A stretch of DNA of 64,000 nt from Mobula hypostoma (lineage: Eukaryota): positions 121,334,001 through 121,398,000 of the forward strand of contig NC_086104.1 in the NCBI RefSeq assembly GCF_963921235.1, in the 5' to 3' direction. The notes under the pieces were generated by a model. It did no database searches and was not told the origin of the DNA. It saw nothing but the letters and a program-made list of their open reading frames with translations. Each line of letters opens with the position of its first letter. The first letter of the stretch is position 1. A program made the translations under genes and the position numbers. Shown piece by piece: positions 36,281 to 49,325 of the stretch.

Positions 36281-39200
36281 AACTAGATTTGCAGGTGGAG
36301 GGGAACCAGAGTGTTAGAGCAGATAGTGAGGTGGAGGAGGATAAAGGTCATGTGAGAACAGCAAGTATAGTGCATGGAGTAAAGCCAGTCTAACATATAA
36401 ACATGCTTTGAGGAAAGAGAAACAGAATCAAGGGTGTAAAGGTAGTAAGGTAGAAGGGCTAAAGTGCGTGTACTGCAATGCAAGAAGCATCAGGAACAAA
36501 GGTGATGAACTGAGAGCTTGGAAACATGCATGGAATTTTGATGTCGTGGCCATTACAGAGACTTGGATGGCACCAGGGCAGGAATGGATACACAATATTC
36601 CTGGATTTCAGTGCTTTCAAAGAGATAGAGAGGGGGGAAAAGGGGAGGAGGGGTGGCATTATTGGTCAGGGATACTATTACAACTACAGAAAGGGTGGGC
36701 AATGTCGCAGAATCCTCTTTTGAGTCAGTATGGGTGGAAGTCAGGAACAGGAAGGGAGCAGTTACTCTATTGGGAGTATTCTATAGGCCCCCTGGTAGCA
36801 GCAGAGATACCGAGGAGCAGATTGGGAAGCAGATTTTGGAAAGGTGCAAAAATAACAGGGTTGTTATCATGGGTGACTTTAATTTCCCTAATATTGATTG
36901 GCACCTGATTAGTTCCATTGGTTTAGACGAGGCAGAGTTTGTTCAGTGTGTCCAGGACAGATTCCTGTCACAGTATGTTGACAGGCCGACTGGCGGGGGA
37001 TGCCATACTAGATCTAGTATTAGGTAAAGAACCGGGTCAGATCACAGATCTCTCAGCGGGTGAGCATATGGGGGACAATGACCATCACTCCCTGGTCTTT
37101 AACATTATCATGGAAAAGGATAGAATCTGAGCGGACAAGAAAATCTATAATTGGCGAAGGGCAAATTATGAGGCTATAAGGCTAGAACTTGCGGGTGTGA
37201 GTTGGGATGATGTTTTTGCAGGGAAATGTACTATGGACATGTGGTCGATGTTTAGGGATCTCTTGCAGGATGTTAGGGATAAATTTGTCCCGGTGAGGAA
37301 GATAAAGAATGGTAGGATGAAGGAACCAATGGTGACAAGTGAGGTGGAAAATCTAGTCAGGTGGAAGAAGGTAGCATACATGAGATTTAGGAAGCAAGGA
37401 TCAGATGGGTCTATTGAGGAATATAGGGTAGCAAGAAAGGAGCTTAAGAAGGGGCTGAGCAGAGCAAGAAGGGGGCATGAGAAGCCCTTGGCGAGCAGGG
37501 TAAAGGAAAACCCCAAGGCATTCTTCAGTAATGTGAAGAACAAAAGGATGACAGGAGTGAAAATAGGACTGATTAGAGATAAAGGTGGGAAGATGTGCCT
37601 GGAGGCTGTGGAAATGAGCGAGGTCCTCAATGAATACTTCTCTTCGATATTCACCAATGAGAGGGAACTTGATGATGGTGAGGACAATATGAGTGAGGTT
37701 GATGTTCTGGAGCATGTTGATATTAAGGGAGAGGAGCTGTTGGAGTTGTTAAAATACATTAGGATGGATAAGTCCCCAGGGCCTGACGTAATATTCCCCA
37801 GGCTGCTCCACGAGGCGAGTGAAGAGATTGCTGAGCCTCTGGCTAGGATCCTTATGTCCTCATTGTCCACGGGAATGGTACCGGAGGATTGGAGGGAAGC
37901 GAATGTTGTCCCCTTGTTTAAAATTAAGGTAATTGGGATAGTCTGGGTAATTATAGACCAGTGAGCCTTACGTCTGTGGTGGGAAAGCTGTTGGAAAAGA
38001 TTCTTAGAGATAGGATCTATGGGCATTTAGAGAATCATGGTCTGATCAGGGACTGTCATCATGGATTTGTGAAGGGAAGATCATGTCTAACAAACCCGAT
38101 GGAGTCCTTTGAGGAGGTGACCAGGCATATAGATGAGGGTAGTGCAGTGGATGTGATCTATATGGATTTTAGTAAGGTATTTGACAAGGTTCCACACGAT
38201 AGGCTTATTCAGAAAGTCAGAAGGCATGGGATCCAGGGAAGTTTGGCCAGGTGGATTCAGAATTGGCTTGCCTGCAGAAAGCAGAGGGTCGTGGTGGAGG
38301 GAGTACATTCGGATTGGAGATTTGTGACTAGTGGTGTCCCACAAGGATCTGTTCTGGGACCTCTACTTTTCGTGATTTTTATTAACGACCTGGTTGTGGA
38401 GGTAGAAGGGTGGGTTGGCAAGTTTGCAGACAACAAAAAGGTTGGTAGTGTTGTAGATAGTGTAGAGGTTTCTCGAAGATTGCGGAGAGACATTGATAGG
38501 ATGCAGAAGTGGGCTGAGAAGTGGCAGATGGAGTTCAACCCGGAGAAGTGCGAGGTGGTACACTTTGGAAGTACAAACTCCGAGGCAGAAAACAAAGTAA
38601 ATGGCAGGATACTTGGAAGTGTGGAGGAGCAGAGGGATCGGGGGGTACATGTCCAAAGATCCCTGAAAGTTGCCTCACAGGTAGATAGGGTAGTTAAGAA
38701 CGCGTATGGGGTGTTAGCTTTCATAAGTCGAGGGATAGAGTTTAAGAGTCACGATGTAATGATGCAGCTCTATAAAACTCTGGTTAGGCCATATTTGGAG
38801 TACTGTGTCCAGTTCTGGTCACCTTACTATAGGAAGGATGTGGAAGCATTGGAAAGGTTACAGAGGAGATTTACCAGGATGCTGCCTGGTTTAGAAAGTA
38901 TGCATTATGATCAGAGATTAAGGGAGATAGGGCTTTACTGTCTAGAGAGAAGGAGGATGAGAGGAGACATGATAGAGGTATACAAGATATTAAGAGGAAT
39001 AGATAGAGTGGACAGTCAGCGCATTCTCCCCAGGGAACCACTGCTCAATACAAGAGGACATGGCTTTAAGGTAAGGGGTGGGAAGTTCAAGGGGTATATT
39101 AGAGGAAGGTTTTTTACTCAGAGAGTGGTTGGTGCGTGGAATGCACTGCCTGAGTCAGTGGTGGAGGCAGATACACTAGTGAACTTTAAGAGACTGCCAG

Positions 39201-39321
39201 ACAGGTACATGGAGGAATTTAAGGTGGGGAGTTATATGGGAGGCAGGCTTTAAGGGTCGGCACAACATTGTGGGCCGAAGGGCCTGTACTGTGCTGTACT
39301 GTTCTATGTTCTATGTTCTGT
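36281..39321 (+). mobile_element. CR1 LINE (5'-truncated, ORF2 with frameshifts) inserted in intron 1 of gene A
   Basis: ORFs 36408-39253; tail (ttctatg)n; splits the intron motif accacgtta^cgaccag, with gtta on both sides. Confidence 0.95.
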
Positions 39322-39675
39322 GTTACGACCAGTGATAATGAGAAGAGTTGGGGAAGATAGAGCTAAGTGTGGTGAGGTAGCGTCTGTATTTCCGGTGAGG
39401 GAGCGGAGCGGGGCAGAGAGTGACCCGGATGCAGCGTCCAAAACAGCTCAAAGTCAGGCAGCTTCTGCTCAATATCAACCAGCACTTCTCCCCACGATCC
39501 ATGACCTTTCCCGAATCCATGACATTCCCCTGTCAACAACACACACCCCTTCTCCTTCTCCACTACATTGACAGCGTAACTCTTTCACCCCCAAACGACG
39601 GAAATTCTTCCCAACACTCCGACCCTTCATGCATACTGTCACTCTATGGGGAGCTGGCCCCACAGACACAGACTC

Positions 39676-39810
39676 NNNNNNNNNNNNNNNNNNNNNNNNN
39701 NNNNNNNNNNNNNNNNNNNNNNNNNNNNNNNNNNNNNNNNNNNNNNNNNNNNNNNNNNNNNNNNNNNNNNNNNNNNNNNNNNNNNNNNNNNNNNNNNNNN
39801 NNNNNNNNNN
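39676..39810. other. Assembly gap (135 N) inside intron 1 of gene A
   Basis: Run of N beginning 8 nt into the intron after the leader exon. Confidence 1.
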
Positions 39811-39818
39811 GTTCTTAC

Positions 39819-39864
39819 CCAACAGAAGGAGGAGCAAGATCAGTTTTCGAAGCTGCGCCCTCAT
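39819..39864 (-). CDS. Gene A leader (signal peptide) exon MRAQLRKLILLLLLL-G
   Basis: 46 nt from ATG to G|gtaaga, phase 1; joins the V exons in frame to give ...LLLLLLDSSLA/TLYVSQWP. Confidence 0.85.
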
Positions 39865-39989
39865 CGCCCAAAGTATTTTCAATTAACACAACTCTGAGGG
39901 GGCAAAAAGAAATATCTTAGCACAGTTTTGCCGGGCCGAAGGGACATAATAGCTTGCTGTAGTGAAAATAATGATCTGTATGGACATGA

Positions 39990-40655
39990 ATTTCTGAACA
40001 AATTTCCGTGTCTTTGGTGAAATACCAAATCTCATCAAACTCCTAATGAAATATATATACCACTGCATCTTTGTAATTGCATCGATATGCTGGGCCCAGT
40101 CTAGATCCTCAGAGATATTGACACCCAGGAACTTGAAATTGTTTACTCTTTCTTCTTCTGATCCGTCTGTGATGACTGATGTGTGTTCCCTTGTCTTACC
40201 CTTTCTGAAGTCTTTCTGAGATTGAGTGCAAGGTTGTTGCTGTGACACGACACAACAAACTGATACACCTTGTTCCTGTACGCCCTCTCGTCACCATCTG
40301 CGATTCTGCCAACAATAGTTGTACCATCTGCAAATTTATAGGTGGCATTTGAACTGTGAGGGTGTAGAGAGAGTAGAGCAGTGGGCTAAGGACACGTCCC
40401 GGAGGGGCTCTGATGTTGTCAGCTAGGTGGAAATGCTATTTCCGATTCAGACAGACAGACTGTGGTCTCCAGTTCAGTAAGTCGAGGATCCAGTTGCAGA
40501 GGGAGGTACAGAGGCCCTGGTTCTGCAGCTTATTGATCAGAACTGGAGGACAGATTGTGTTAATTGTTGAGCTGTAGTCAATAATCAGCATCCTGTCACA
40601 GGTATTTGTAATGTCCACGTTATCCAAGGCCGTGTGAAGAGTCTTTCAGATCGCA
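39990..40655 (-). mobile_element. Rex1/Babar-type LINE fragment
   Basis: VNNFKFLGVNISEDLDWAQHIDAITK; IDYSSTINTI...GLCTSLCNWILD. Confidence 0.82.
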
Positions 40656-40697
40656 TCCGCCGTAGACCTTCCTCAACCCGTCCCTTTCCAATCTACG

Positions 40698-40729
<32 letters not shown>

Positions 40730-40999
40730 ATTTTTCTGCCCTTTGGTTTTTCTCTCTCGTTTCCAATCTCGGGCTCTCGTTCCCCTACTACCCCAAGATA
40801 TTTTTCCAGCCCACACTCCCTCCTTATATATTTCCCTCTCTCTTCTTCACCCCATCCTCCTCCTCTCCACTTTTCTCCTCCTCACACTGCCCCTCTCTCT
40901 CTGCTCCCTCGCTCTCCCTGCACCCCCACTCACATCCCCCACCTCCGCCTGGTGTCATCTACACCACATCCTGTTCACCACGTCTCCCCCTCTGCTGTG

Positions 41000-41920
41000 T
41001 TTCGCTGTGACTAATTCACTGACCGCACACTGGCAGGCCAGTTCCGTTCCGCAGTACTGTAACTGTGTGTGGTGCGGACTCTGTGACAACACTCTCACCC
41101 GATTTGCTTCAGCGCTACCGGGTCTCAGCGGCACTACATGATCCCGGGCACCGGAAGATGGCCCGCCAGTTATACAAACGGGAACGGGAACCTCTTTCTC
41201 CTGAGTTACCTCACTGGTCGTGCGGCCCTCACTTGCCCTATCTCCTCACCGCCCCTCCCGCTGTGGTTCCTCAGCCGAGGAGTTCAAACTGATCTGCACC
41301 GAGAATCGCCATCTTTGTGATTCAAATCAGAGTGACAAGACACAGAGAGAGGGAAAGAGCAAGGGCGAGAGTGATGAAGAGAAAGAGGGAGGGAGATGGG
41401 GTCATGGAGATGTGGGGAGACAGAAAGAAGTGGTTAGGGTTAATGGAGACGGAGAGACAGGCAGATACTCATAGAGCTCCGGGCCGCCAACAGCTCCTCA
41501 CCCGCCCCCTGCTCATAGGCTGTCCACTGAGTTCAGTCAGCGCCTCCGACCTGTCGCTCCCTTCCCCACCAGGCGAGCTCTCCTCTTCGGTTGGGACCAG
41601 CCGATCCCACTGGAGCTGCTTTCCTCTCGGGGTCGAGCGCTGGCGCTCCGGACACCCGACACGAAAGGAGCAGCTGCCGCTCACCCGGGACAGGAAGGTG
41701 CGGCAGCGAAAGTCAGGTCCCCTTTCACTGTCTGACGTCCTGTCCGGGGGCCGGACTGTACCTGACCGTCCGGAAACTCACAACACAGTTCCATCGGATG
41801 TGGGGGCGGGTGGAATAGCCGCCCTGAGGCGGACCGAGGGAGAAGACTTGAAGAGGGAACGTCACGGAATAAGCGGCGAGGAGTGAGAAAGGGACGGAAC
41901 ACAACGGCCACTGCATCCCT
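41000..41920. promoter_or_regulatory. Unexplained CpG-rich island with ETS/YY1-type motifs
   Basis: CCGGAAGATGGC at ~41150, CGCCATCTT at ~41306, GC-box-like cccgcccc; flanked by CT/GA tracts; no recognisable ORF. Confidence 0.45.
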
Positions 41921-42459
41921 TTCATTTACCCTCTTCCCCTATTCCTCATCGCTACAAAGCCTTCCTTCACCCCTCCCGACTCCCTCCACCCGAAGCCCTA
42001 CCCTCCCCATTCTGCCCCCCACACAGACAATGGTGCGAGAAACACAACACATCCAGTAAATGGCAGTTCTATTGGTGAACCCGCCTTGTTAATGAGAGGT
42101 CAGACTGGTTCAAGCTGACGGGTTGGGGACAGTAACTCAAACAATCACGCGATACAACAGTGTGTGCAAAAGCCCCCCTGAATGCCCAACACATCGAACC
42201 TTGAAGTGGATGACGCAGGTCACGAGCACACGGTCAGTGGCCACTTTATTAGGTACAGGGGTTCCTGATGAGGCGTCCGCTGAGCGTAAGTGGTAACGGT
42301 GCCATGGTGCAAACTACTGGATCAACCGAATGACACGAAATTTGCATAATATGTACAGTATTCTATTATGAATAAGGTTTATTTTTGAAATTAAAATCGT
42401 TCCACAGTCTGCTGGATAATTGAAGTTTTAAACAAGGCCAAGTCTAAAGTGTGAACTGT

Positions 42460-43040
42460 TAAGCGTTGCAGACAGAGACTAGTGGTATAAGATTTTAATT
42501 CACTGATAAACTGGGCGGTGAAGGTGTTTGGCACACCAGTCGTCATGCGTCAGGGAACTGAGTACAGGAAGTGGGACGTCATGTTACAGTTGTATAAGAC
42601 ATTGCTGAGACCGTACTGGGAGAATTGTGTGAGTTCTGCTGACCCAGCAATCGGAAGGATGTTATTAATCTGGAGATGATGCAGGAAAGATTTATGAGGA
42701 TGTTACCAGGACTGGAGGTTTTGAGTTATGTATGACAGAACGGGAGTGTTTTCTTTGGAGCGAAGAGGGCTGGTGGGGGGTGGGGGGGTGTAGCTCATCG
42801 TTTTTTTGAACATAATGAGGAAAGGTTTAGAGGGACGTGGGCCCAAGGCAGTGAAACGGGACCAACCCAGGAACACAACTCAGTCGACATGGATAATTTG
42901 GGCCGAAGTTCTCTGCTCTGTATAGCTCCAGGACCTTTATTGTGCCTGGTCTCTCAAGCTTACTAAATGACTACTGTGATTCATCAGTAAACATCTGATC
43001 TCCCTGGCCAGTCACCGATACAGATGGGGACGAAGGAGAT
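42460..43040 (+). repeat. Old CR1 fragment plus flank, paralogous to 15200-15640
   Basis: Both share the CR1 piece and the downstream tttattgt.cctggtctctcaagctt...gatacagatggggacga. Confidence 0.75.
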
Positions 43041-43204
43041 GGGCATTGACTCTAGGAAGCGGGCAGAGTACACGTCCCTGTCCCTGCTGAGGTGCATATA
43101 GTTGAGAGGTTCAGGTTCCCAGGAGTGAACATCACCATTTCTCCTGGTCGAACCACATACACCCTGTGGCCAAGAAAGATGCCAATGTCTGTTCTCCTCA
43201 CAAG

Positions 43205-43480
43205 GCGAAGCATCGCCATAGCGTAGCGGCCAGCTCGTGGCGTCGGAATTCAGAGTTCAATTCCAACGTTGTCTGTGAGATAATTGTACGTCCTTCCCAT
43301 GAGAGTGTGAGTTTCCCCAGGCAGTCAGGGTTCCTCCCACAGTCCAAAGATGTAGATTAATAGGTCATTATAAATGGTCCGGTAATTGGGCGATGGTTAA
43401 ATAGTTGTATTACTGTGCGGAGCGACTCGTTGGACAGCTTCTGTGTCGTATCTCGAAATAAATGAAAAAAAACAAAAACT
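43205..43480 (+). mobile_element. tRNA-derived SINE (V-SINE/HE1-like)
   Basis: gagttcaattcc B-box-like motif, ggttcctcccacagtccaaaga core, A-rich tail. Confidence 0.7.
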
Positions 43481-44329
43481 TCCCTCTCGACCTTCCTATC
43501 TCTGCCACTTTTTCCCGGAACTCCTCTCTGACCCCTCTCACTCTACCTGGCCCTCTGTCCTCCTGCCCCTTTCCCCCTTTCCCTTCGCCCTCCTACCCTT
43601 TTCACCCTCTCTGTGCTCCTGCCCCCTAACCCCTCGCCCTCTATCCTCCTGCTCCTTTCCCCTCTCCCTTCGCCCTCCTACTCTTTTCAGACTCTCCCTC
43701 ATACCCTTTCCCCCCGTCTCTGCCTACGCATTCGTTGCCATGCTTCGTAATGCCCCCGCTCCTCCCCTCTCCCTCTCTCTGACCCTCCCTGACCACCCCC
43801 TCTCTCTTGTGTTCTTTTCTGATGTAGCAAATGACATTAGCAAACAAACGAGACATTGTACACGTATAACATCGGCCGGTGCTTTCGTGGCATCAGCACC
43901 AAACTTCAACCCCAAAAGGTATCTGGTTCGAATTCGGCCGGCTCTCTCCACCCTTTCTATCCGTGCTGCGATGAGCTTCGAGTTAGCAACTCGACCTCGT
44001 AAAAGAGGCAATTGCCAAGGAAACAGCAATGAATACCGTCCGACGCAAGAAGGAAGAACAATTTGTTAGTTCTATAAAACATGTAATGAAGCATTACTGA
44101 AATACTTTTCATCCACTGTATGAGCTGATCCACAGAATGACAACAAACTTTTTTCTTTCTCCTTCTCTCTCTAATTACACCTTTTATATCGCCTCGAAAA
44201 TCCCTTACTCTAGTACTTTTCATGCATTAGGTACCTGCACCTGCCTAGTGATCTCCCCTTCTCCAGAAAAACATGTTATTCACCATTATGGCTGTAGACT
44301 TGTCCCCCTTAACTTTCTGAAATAGTGGA

Positions 44330-45615
44330 CTGGTTCTTTTGCACTTTCTCAAAACACTGCAAGCTAACACCAACCTTCCACTCTATTTTAGCGAAAGGAA
44401 GGGAGAATCACATTTAACTTTTTTCTTTTCCATATTATGAATTGAACTAAAATCACTTCCATAACTTAGTAAAGTATTTAAATGAGAACTGTCAACCCCC
44501 AAAGCTTGTAGTGCAGATGTGTTCAACTATTTCATAATGTTGACAACACCTACACACCCCAGAGTGATGTTTTGCAACAAGATATGAGGAATAATGAAGC
44601 ATGGTAGAGTATGCCCAATTCTAAGTCGAGTCAATATAATTATTTCCCTTCTTGTCTTACCTCCTTCTCCCGTCAGTCCTACAGTTTCATGTATTCTATA
44701 AAGGTGTCTCTCCTGATTCCCATTATCCCACAAGTCTTATCATCATCCCCTGTCTTACCCCCACCAACCCCTTAGCTTCCGATTTGCTTCATGGACGGAC
44801 TATATCCACAGATGAACTTTTAACAGCTCCTTTGGTCAAACAATCAACTCACTCATCCCCCTCAACACCTCTATGTGCAGGAACCCATAAGAAGAGACAT
44901 GTAGATCAATACTTTAAAGGTGAAATAAAGTTTGAAGAGCTTCCAGCAGTAAATCTGACCTACTGCTAAAATAAACTGCTTTAAAACGAGCCTAAACAGA
45001 AAAAGAATCTTAAATAATTATAAATTTGTAAGGACAGATTTCTTCCACTCACTGTAAGCCTAGAACGATGGCAACCAGTTCTGCAGTATACACTGATATA
45101 TAGTTAGTAAGGCATTTCTTCATTGTTACCTGTAATTTAGGCACAAACACAGCACACGGTTATTTCCCGTTATATTATCTTTTGATCCATCAGTAAAAAT
45201 GGTTAACATATCACAATAATTCTCTCTAAAATACTGATGAACCCACAGACTCTCGGGCATTTCAGGAACTTCGGATTTCATTAAAACATTCAACCTATAA
45301 TCAACTAACGCCATTGGGGAAAAACCATGATGGGGTTACCGAAAAACATACAGTGGGACAAATTACATAATACAACAAACCCATATTCCTAGCCTGATGA
45401 GAACGCAGCCAACGGAAACTGAAAACTCTCTTCTTGTGATGTTCCCAACAGCCTTCCAGCAAACTTTTAACAGGGTGATCATTCCTCTGCCCCCTTAAGT
45501 TAGCCCAGTATGTCAACAACAACTTCATCCTCCACAACTGCAAGGGTAATTGTCCCATTTCAACCAGTAAAGCTGAAACTGGAGTTGACCTGACTGCAGC
45601 AAACTCAATTCTTAG
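44330..45615 (-). mobile_element. Nimb/I-clade LINE 3' remnant with RNase H
   Basis: LTIFTDGSKD, LTRLRIGHT, AVRSTPVSALLVEMGQLPL; same family as 30450-32030. Confidence 0.8.
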
Positions 45616-45619
45616 AGAA

Positions 45620-47400
45620 TGTGCAAAAAGCATTCTTAAAGAATGTGAGTGGGAACGGCAGTGGGTGTGGAGGCAGATCGGATGTCTCTGATCATGTGCA
45701 CAGCATTTTGAAGTGGGAGGGTGATCAGCCAGATGTCATGGTACACATCGGTACCAATGACATAGCAAGAAAGAGTGAGGAGGTCCTGGAGAGTGAGTAT
45801 AGAGAGCTTGGTAGGAAGTTGAAAAGCAGGACCTCGAGGGTGGTAATCTCAGGATTGCTACCTGTGCCACCTGCCAGTGAGGGCAAGAATGGGATGCCTC
45901 TGGCAGATGAACACGTGGATGAGGAACTGGTGTAGGTGGCAGGGTTTCAGATTTCAGGATCATTGGGACCTCTTCTGGGGCAGGTGGGACCTGTACAAGA
46001 GAGACGGGTTACACCTGAACTACAAGGGGACCAATATCCATGCAGGGAGGTTTGACAGTGCTGTTGGGGAGGGTTTAAACTAGATTTGCAGGGGGATGGG
46101 AACCAGGGTGCCAGAGCAGATAGTGAAGTGGGGATGAAAGTAAATGATGTTAAAGGTTCATGCAATGTCACAAATTGAAGGGTTGTGTGTGGTTGTAATA
46201 ATCTTCTGAGGTGTATCTATTTCAATGCAAGGAGTATTGTGGGGAAGGCTGACGAACTGAGGGCGTGGACTGACACATGGAATTACGACATTATAGCCAT
46301 TAGTGAAACTTGGCTGCAGGAGGGGCAGCACTGGCAGCTTAATGTTCCAGGGTTCCGATGTTTCAGACGTGATAGGGGAAGAGGAATGATGTGTGGGGGG
46401 TTTGGCATTGCTAGTCAAGGAAAATGTTACTGATCCTGATCCCGGGATCTTTATCTGAGGGTATTCTGAGGTGGGATGATGCTATTCTCCAGGCTGGCAA
46501 TTTAGACACAGTCAGCCAAACACAATAGGCCCCCTTTATTCCCACTCTTTCCTTCCTGCCAGGTATCCATTCTTCTATCCATGCAAGTATCCTTCCAGTG
46601 ATATCATGGGCCCTTAACTTGTTAAACTGTCTCATGTGCAGAACCTTGTCAAAGGGCTTCTGAAAGTCCAAATAAACAATATGAATTGGCACCTCTTTAC
46701 CTATCCTGCCAGTTATCACCTCAAGGAATTCCAATGGATTTGTAGGCAAGATTTCCTCTGATGGAAGTAATGCAGGTTTTGGCCTATTTAGTCTTGTGGT
46801 TTCAAGTACCCTGAAGCTCCTCCTTAGTAATGGACTCCAACATCTTCCCAACTACTAAAGCAGGTTAAACGGCCCATACTTTCCTTCTGCCTCTCTCCCT
46901 TCTTAAGTAGTGGAGTGACATCTATATTTTTCCAGTCCGGAGGATGCATTCCAGATTGTAGTGATTCTTGAAATCCTCCACAGTCCCTTCAGCAACCTCG
47001 TTCAGAATCCTGGAGTGCTGGTAGTCCATCTGGGTCCAGGTGACCTTTCTACTATCAGACCCGTCAGTTCCCCAAACACCTTCTCCCTAGTAATGGCAAC
47101 TTCACTCACTTCTGCCCCCTGACACTCTCGCATTTCTGGCATTCTGTTATTGTCTTCCACAGTGAAGACTGATGGAAAATACTAATTAATCCATCCACCA
47201 TATCTTTGTCCCCATTACTAACTCTCCAGTGACATTTTCCAACGGTCTGATATTAACTCCCGCCTCTCGCATATCAGGAGAAACATTTTGTACCCTCTTG
47301 CATATTATTGGTTAGTTTGCCTTCATATTTCATCTTCCCCAGCCCCCATGATTTTTTAGTTTTGCTGCCTTCTGTTGGTTTTTATAACTTCCCAATTATC
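45620..47400. mobile_element. CR1 fragments (plus 45620-46430: ORF1 esterase/ORF2 start; minus 46431-47400)
   Basis: VMVHIGTNDI...VVISGLLPVP; LRCIYFNARSIVGKADEL. Confidence 0.87.
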
Positions 47401-48006
47401 TAATTTTTCACTAATTTTTCCTCTAATAAATGCCCTCTTCTCAGCTATGGTTCCCTCGTCCTCGCTTTAGAAAACTTTTTCATCTTTGGGACTCGGTATT
47501 CATATGCATAATGTCGCAAAGCACTCTGGTACAATTTAGGTTCCATTTTGTTATGACAAGTAAAGTATATTTCTGGATCGCCTCCTTTTTGTCATTTCAT
47601 GACAACACTACATTTCACCAAACAGATGCAGTTTCAAAGTCCAACCCCAAAATTCTCTTTTCATCCATCCACCTCAATGAGTGCCCATTCCTTTCCTTGA
47701 TATCCTGTCCCTCATCCTGTTATTTCGGTTGGTGTGTGTGCGAGACAGATGATCGGTGTGTGAGGAGCTCGCCGGCAACTTCACTTCTCAGGGAATGAAC
47801 CAGCCGCTGTCAATCACAGATGTATAGCCAATCAGATGGATGGATCAGACAGACGGTGCAAAAAAACCCAATGCAATGACTGACGGGAGGTGTTTGCGGC
47901 GGCAGGGTCTGCACTGAATGATGTGGAGAGGTGAGAAGTCGTGTTTCTTTGTTCATCCCGAGCAGCTGCGTGACAGAGGACTCTCTCATCTCCGGGCTGT
48001 TCGCAG

Positions 48007-48146
48007 GGACACACAAGGAGACAGACATCAAGTGCAGCTGGCAGATCATCAACTCGGTGAAAGGCACCTTTGGTCAGCCCGACCTCATTGGTCATCGAGA
48101 TGTCCGTGGATGGGAGCTGCCGAATGGCGACAAGACACCGTGCTGA
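48007..48146 (+). pseudogene. Orphan terminal-exon-like remnant, copy B (xTHKETDIKCSWQIINSVKGTFGQPDLIGHRDVRGWELPNGDKTPC*)
   Basis: Acceptor gttcgcag|, AATAAA at 48395-48400. Confidence 0.4.
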
Positions 48147-48931
48147 GGGAGGCGCTGAAGCCGGGTTCAGGCACCGCAGGGCTCGGTGCTGAAGCGCCAC
48201 AGTGTAATGTTCCTTCACTACTGGAGAGGGAGGGGCCGGGTTGGGTAAGGAAGCCCCTTAATTACTGTAGTAGTGTACATGATTGACAACGATCCTATTG
48301 GTGTTAAGGAATGTAATCAAACACTAATGAAAGCATTCACTATGAATTTAAGAACGAAAGGCCGCTTGTTCTTGTTTTCTTTAAAAAAATTATTAATAAA
48401 GATATTTTTCAACTACGAAAACATTGCCACACTATTGGGAATTCTTCTAAGCCTACACCTCTCTCCACAAATCCATCGGGCAGTGGTCTGCGCGGCACTT
48501 CCTGCAGACACTGCGGCACAGCGGCCGTGGGGTGAATAGCTGAGCAAACGGCAGAACGCCGCATCGCCAGATCTCAGTAACACACGGTCACCACCTCTTC
48601 GCAGACCGCGGATTCGCTCGGGCGGTGTGGAGACGGATGCAAGGGTCCGTGTACCGGTTCATCCCCATCAGCTGTGAAAAGAAGCATTCTCTGAGAAACA
48701 GACTATTTCCCAGGTCACACACAGACGGGCATCAAGTTCTACTAGAAGATCATCGGCTCAATGAAGGACGTCCTTTGGTCTGTCGGAAATTTGTTGGTCT
48801 CTCCTGACAGTGAGATGTCGGTGGGAGAAAGCTGGTTACTGGCACAGTCCAGGCTGCAAGAGGAGGTACTTCAGGAAGTGTCCTGGGTCCGCCAGCAGTG
48901 ATGGGGCTTTTTCTCCGCTGTCCCTGTCGCC

Positions 48932-49086
48932 TCAGAGTCCGCACTTTACGGAACGACCGCCAGGGGGCGCTCGGTGCGCTGGTTCGCTGTTGCTCTTTGG
49001 GAGCCGGTACACGGTGGTCAGGACTAGGAGAGCGAGCGCCTTCAGGACGAGCAGGATGTAAAAAGGCAGTGGCTCCCGAGGAGAAC
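48932..49086 (-). CDS. Gene B terminal exon: TM with Lys + short tail (GSPREPLPFYILLVLKALALLVLTTVYRLPKSNSEPAHRAPPGGRSVKCGL*)
   Basis: Same acceptor and frame as gene A; ORF 48932-49123. Confidence 0.88.
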
Positions 49087-49325
49087 CTGAGAGTAAATCG
49101 GAGTTCACAGTGAGACTGTTCACCGAGGCGAGCTAGAGATGGGATGTATTCCGAGGATTCGGGGGTTTATATAGAGAATAACATTGCTGGGAGTGGGTTA
49201 CAGGCTGGGATCTAATCCAAGCGTTCTGGGGGAGGGGTTATATATGAAATAACAGAAATGGACCTGCGATCCAATCCCAGGAGGAATCAGGAAAGTGACA
49301 GTGAAAGGTGATAACGGCGACTCAC

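Noticed and set aside
41317-41925. ORFs of 189 aa (+) and 66 aa (-, MQWPLCSVPF...) as genes or as the leader of gene A
   Set aside because: Low complexity or no recognisable domain; a proper phase-1 leader exists at 39819-39864.
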